Below are positions 60,845 through 64,000 of a DNA stretch of 64,000 nt, piece after piece. The notes under the pieces are model-generated. The model searched no databases and was not told where the DNA came from. It worked only from the letters and a program-made list of their open reading frames with translations. The translations under genes and the position numbers were made by a program. Source of the DNA: Takakia lepidozioides (taxonomy: Eukaryota; Plantae; Bryophyta); contig CM060733.1 in the NCBI GenBank assembly GCA_030704615.1, forward strand, positions 76,136,001-76,200,000. The letters are read 5' to 3'. Within the stretch, counting starts at the first letter, position 1; each line of letters opens with the position of its first letter.

Positions 60845-63800
60845 ATGGTTCATGCTTATCAAACAGGTGTGCACTTTCATTCGCCATTGTTGTGGGACGA
60901 CATGGAGGAGATGTATGGAGCTACCAAGGGGCCTCGTAGGTACTCTGGAGCTGTGGGCACAATCGAGTTGGATGACTTTATCCAGGAGTTCGACAGCTGG
61001 TGTGATTTGCAGCAGATGCGCAATCCACAGCTATTCACCCCATTCATGGCGTGGAAGGGACTGTTCCAGCATTTGGAAGGCCCGCCTATGGACGATTACC
61101 ACGAGTTCAGGCGAGGACATGAAGCAGAGATTGAGGAGTGGAGGATGTATTGGTCACCTGACTACGTCTCCATTACTCGAGGCACGACGCGACCAGTAGC
61201 TGCATCAGTACCAATAGCTCCCACTGCCAGCACTAGTAGTGGAGCAAGTAGTGCCGGTACTTCTGTAGGTGGTACCCCAGTTCAAAAGGTGCTACTACTC
61301 CTCCTGCCACGACTACAACACATGTGCCTAGATTCAACCCGGTGGTGGAGTTCTTCCAGGAGTTGCGGAGGAACTACCAAGGTGTACGGACAGAGAAGCT
61401 GCGAAGTTTGCAAGACTTCCAGCGCAAACCCAGTGAGAGCCTGCGAGAGGCCTACACTCGTATGAGGCGCTTGATAAGTGTGACCCAAGGGATTACTGAA
61501 GCTCAGGCAATCCAGTTTTGGTATGGAATTCTGGACAAGGAGCTCAAGAGAAGGGTGCGAGATGCAACCCTGTTACAAGCAGCCCAACCCACATTAGCAG
61601 ATGTGTTTCTGCTGGCTGAGCGGATTGAGCTCAACATGGTGGAGGAGCGAGTTGTTACAATTGGATTTGGCAAGGACATGCCTGCACGGGGCGCAGCTGT
61701 CAGCCCACAGGCACAAGGGACTGCCCAACAGCGTGGTCAGGGGGGCAAGGTTTCGCAACCCAAGTTCCATGGAGCTTACAGGGGACCTCAGGTGCAGAGG
61801 CCCGTGGCATCTTTTGCAGGCCAACAACAACCAGGGGTGATATGTTGGACATGTGGAGGACCCCATGTCAAGAGAGATTGCCCAGAGAATGGCAGAAGGC
61901 CGGCACAAGCACAGCCTGCACAGTTGCAGTGTGGGCATTGTGGCAAGTATGGGCATGGAGATGCCCAGTGTTATGACTTGCATCCTGAGTTGCGCCCAGG
62001 CTAGTTCCAAGGGAACAATGGTGGCCGGGGGCGAGGTGGACCAGCCCAGAGAGGACGAAGTGGTCGGGCACGAGGTGCAGGCTAAGGGCAAGCTCAACAT
62101 GGCCAAGGACGCGGAGGTCAGGGTGTTGATCAAGGCATGGCCAACCGGCTTCAACAGCTAGAGCAGAGGCTCGCTGCCATGGCTATAGCTCAGGCAGTAC
62201 CGGCTCCCAGGCGGGATGGTCCACCTCCTGTTCCTGATGGAGGAGATATGGGAGGCATGGGATTCATGTGCGGAGCAGCACTACCACTAGAGCAGGTGGA
62301 GTCTGCTGCAGCCGTGACTCGAGGAGCAGCACGAGATCCTGAGCCACGAGGTGCAGAGGTGGAGTTGGATCCACAACGTGGGGAGGCAAGCCGTCAAGCG
62401 AGGCTGCCTCAGTCATTCACCTTGGCGGAGACAGTGTCAACGCCATCCATGGCACCTAGTTCTCGCCTGACTGTTACCGAGGCGGAGGTTTCTATGCCAT
62501 TGGGGAGAGCTACACGTGCAGCACTGACACCTGCTACCAAGGCTAGTGCAGCCGGTGTGTTATTGGGGGCAGCCACCTCTGTGTGTCAAGCCCCACTGTT
62601 CTCGGCAACCATGATTGCGACGCCGGGGGTAAGACCAACTGCAGTGTTCAGACTAGCAGCAACACTCTGTGAGAGTGGGGAGGTCACTTCATCTTCTGCG
62701 GAGTTAGTGGAAGGTGTAGTGGCAGAGGGATCCTCGGATTTGAGGGTCAAGACTGCCACGGCTGCGCCCTGGCAAGCTGCAGCTGCCAGGTTGACGGAGC
62801 TGCCAGCTAGGCCAGCCTTTGAGCGCACCATGGTGACACCTGGAGTTGTCTTGTTAGACAACCAGGATGGCATTTTCTCTTTGAGTGGACCGGCAGGCAA
62901 GAAGTACCGGCCACTGCGGGTCTTGTTGGACTCGGGAGCTCAGCCACTGATGTTGGGCAGGGCTGCTATTGCAGGTTTGGGCCTCATAGAGGCGGATATG
63001 GAGCCTTGTCCTTTCCAGATACAGACATCTCTGGGAAGATCAGAGCAGGCTCGGGGCATGACACGACATCAGTTGGCCATTAGACTGCAGCCGGATCACC
63101 CTACAGATGGCTCAGTGATGCGAGCCAAGGCCATTGTGACAGACGCGGTCTCTTACGATGTCCTCGTTGGTGGGGCAGTATTATACCTCATGGGCTTCAC
63201 CCTGGACTTTTGGGAGGAGTCAGCATTCTACAGGCTTGGATGGCAGTCAGGGGATGGTCGTCGTGCACAGCTCCCTGTGACATTCATTGGGGGTATTGCA
63301 GCTGCCCAACAGGGCAAGATGCCAACACTAGCCGCCTTTACAGCTGCAGTTAGTTGGCCTGGAGAGTTGCTGGAAGGCAATGCCCATGCAGAGGATGTGC
63401 CACCTCCAGCAGAGCAGGATGACATGCATGGTGTGGCGGAGTTGCCTACCATGGTTGCTCACACTCCATTGTGGGGTACGAGCAAGGATTTGCAGCAGGT
63501 TGCTGATCGACGGGTGCAACAAGCCTGGGTAGAGGCTTTTGTACCGTCAGGAGAGGAGGAGAGTGCGGGTATTGCACCAGGACCACCTCAGTTGTCACCA
63601 TTGGATACCACACCTATTGTGTGGCAGTATCCGGATGGAGGCATTTGCCTTCTGGACTTGTTTGGCGGGATCAGCACCGGATTGGCTGCTGTGCTACAGG
63701 CAGGTGTGCGGGTAAGGCGTTACCTGTATGTGGAGAGGGATGAGACTGCACGACGCATCTCACTGCGCCATGTTGCTTAGTTGGTACAGCAGTACCCTGC

Positions 63801-64000
63801 TTTGTTGCCGGTGTCTGCAGTTCGTGGATACCAACAAGCCTTGCCAGCAGACATTCGTTGTTGGGGGCGCCGGATTTGGAGCAGGTTGGCTCCATTGATC
63901 TGGTAGTGGCAGGTTGGCCCCGCCAAGGGCATTCATCAACCGGGCATGGCAATGGATTGCGAGACTCGAGGACGGGTCTGTTTTGGGAGATGGTGCGGAT
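60845..64000 (+). mobile_element. Ty3/Gypsy-like gag-protease-DNA methyltransferase polyprotein pseudogene (continues past window end)
   Basis: gag (LDDFIQEFDSWC; FQRKPSESLREAYTRM), two CCHC knuckles (CWTCGGPHVKRDC, CGHCGKYGHGDAQC), aspartic protease VLLDSGAQP..YDVLVGG, then a C5-MTase. One frameshift at ~61285; in-frame stops at 62002, 62083 and 63778. Confidence 0.88.
63640..64000 (+). pseudogene. DNMT3-like cytosine-5 DNA methyltransferase domain inside the retrotransposon pol
   Basis: Motif I LLDLFGGISTGL; motif II YLYVERD; motif III ADI; motif IV IDLVVAGWPRQGHS (catalytic Cys codon replaced by CGC at 63921-63923); then GLRDSRTGLFWEMVR. Stop at 63778 and a 1-nt frameshift at ~63856. Confidence 0.85.

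Noticed and set aside
60845-64000. Host DRM/DNMT3 gene
   Set aside because: It is intronless and fused to gag and retropepsin, motifs I-IV are in linear order directly after the protease linker, and there is no UBA or PWWP domain, so it is retroelement-borne.

Overview
Eukaryotic, intron-containing land-plant DNA. A seed-free plant such as a bryophyte is my inference from the TE families and gene structure; I cannot name the species. Roughly 1-43 kb is a dense, nested field of decayed transposons: several Ty3/Gypsy remnants (one with a C-terminal PHD finger), a Copia 5' end, two hAT transposase pseudogenes with arrays of GCGACCGCC-N-GGCGGTCGC palindromes, a TIR-bounded piggyBac element, a PIF/Harbinger element containing a DNA polymerase theta fragment, MITEs and a PP2C fragment. 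Roughly 44-60 kb holds three intact spliced housekeeping genes (chloroplast type-A DnaJ, 20S proteasome alpha-2, RNA Pol III subunit RPC6), with LINE fragments in their introns. The last 3.2 kb is the most striking element: a Gypsy gag-protease polyprotein that runs directly into a DNMT3-like cytosine-5 DNA methyltransferase domain where reverse transcriptase normally follows. This copy is pseudogenised and cut by the window edge. Together with the PHD-tipped integrase end at the window start, it suggests a retrotransposon family carrying its own chromatin reader and DNA-methylation writer; that link is an inference.
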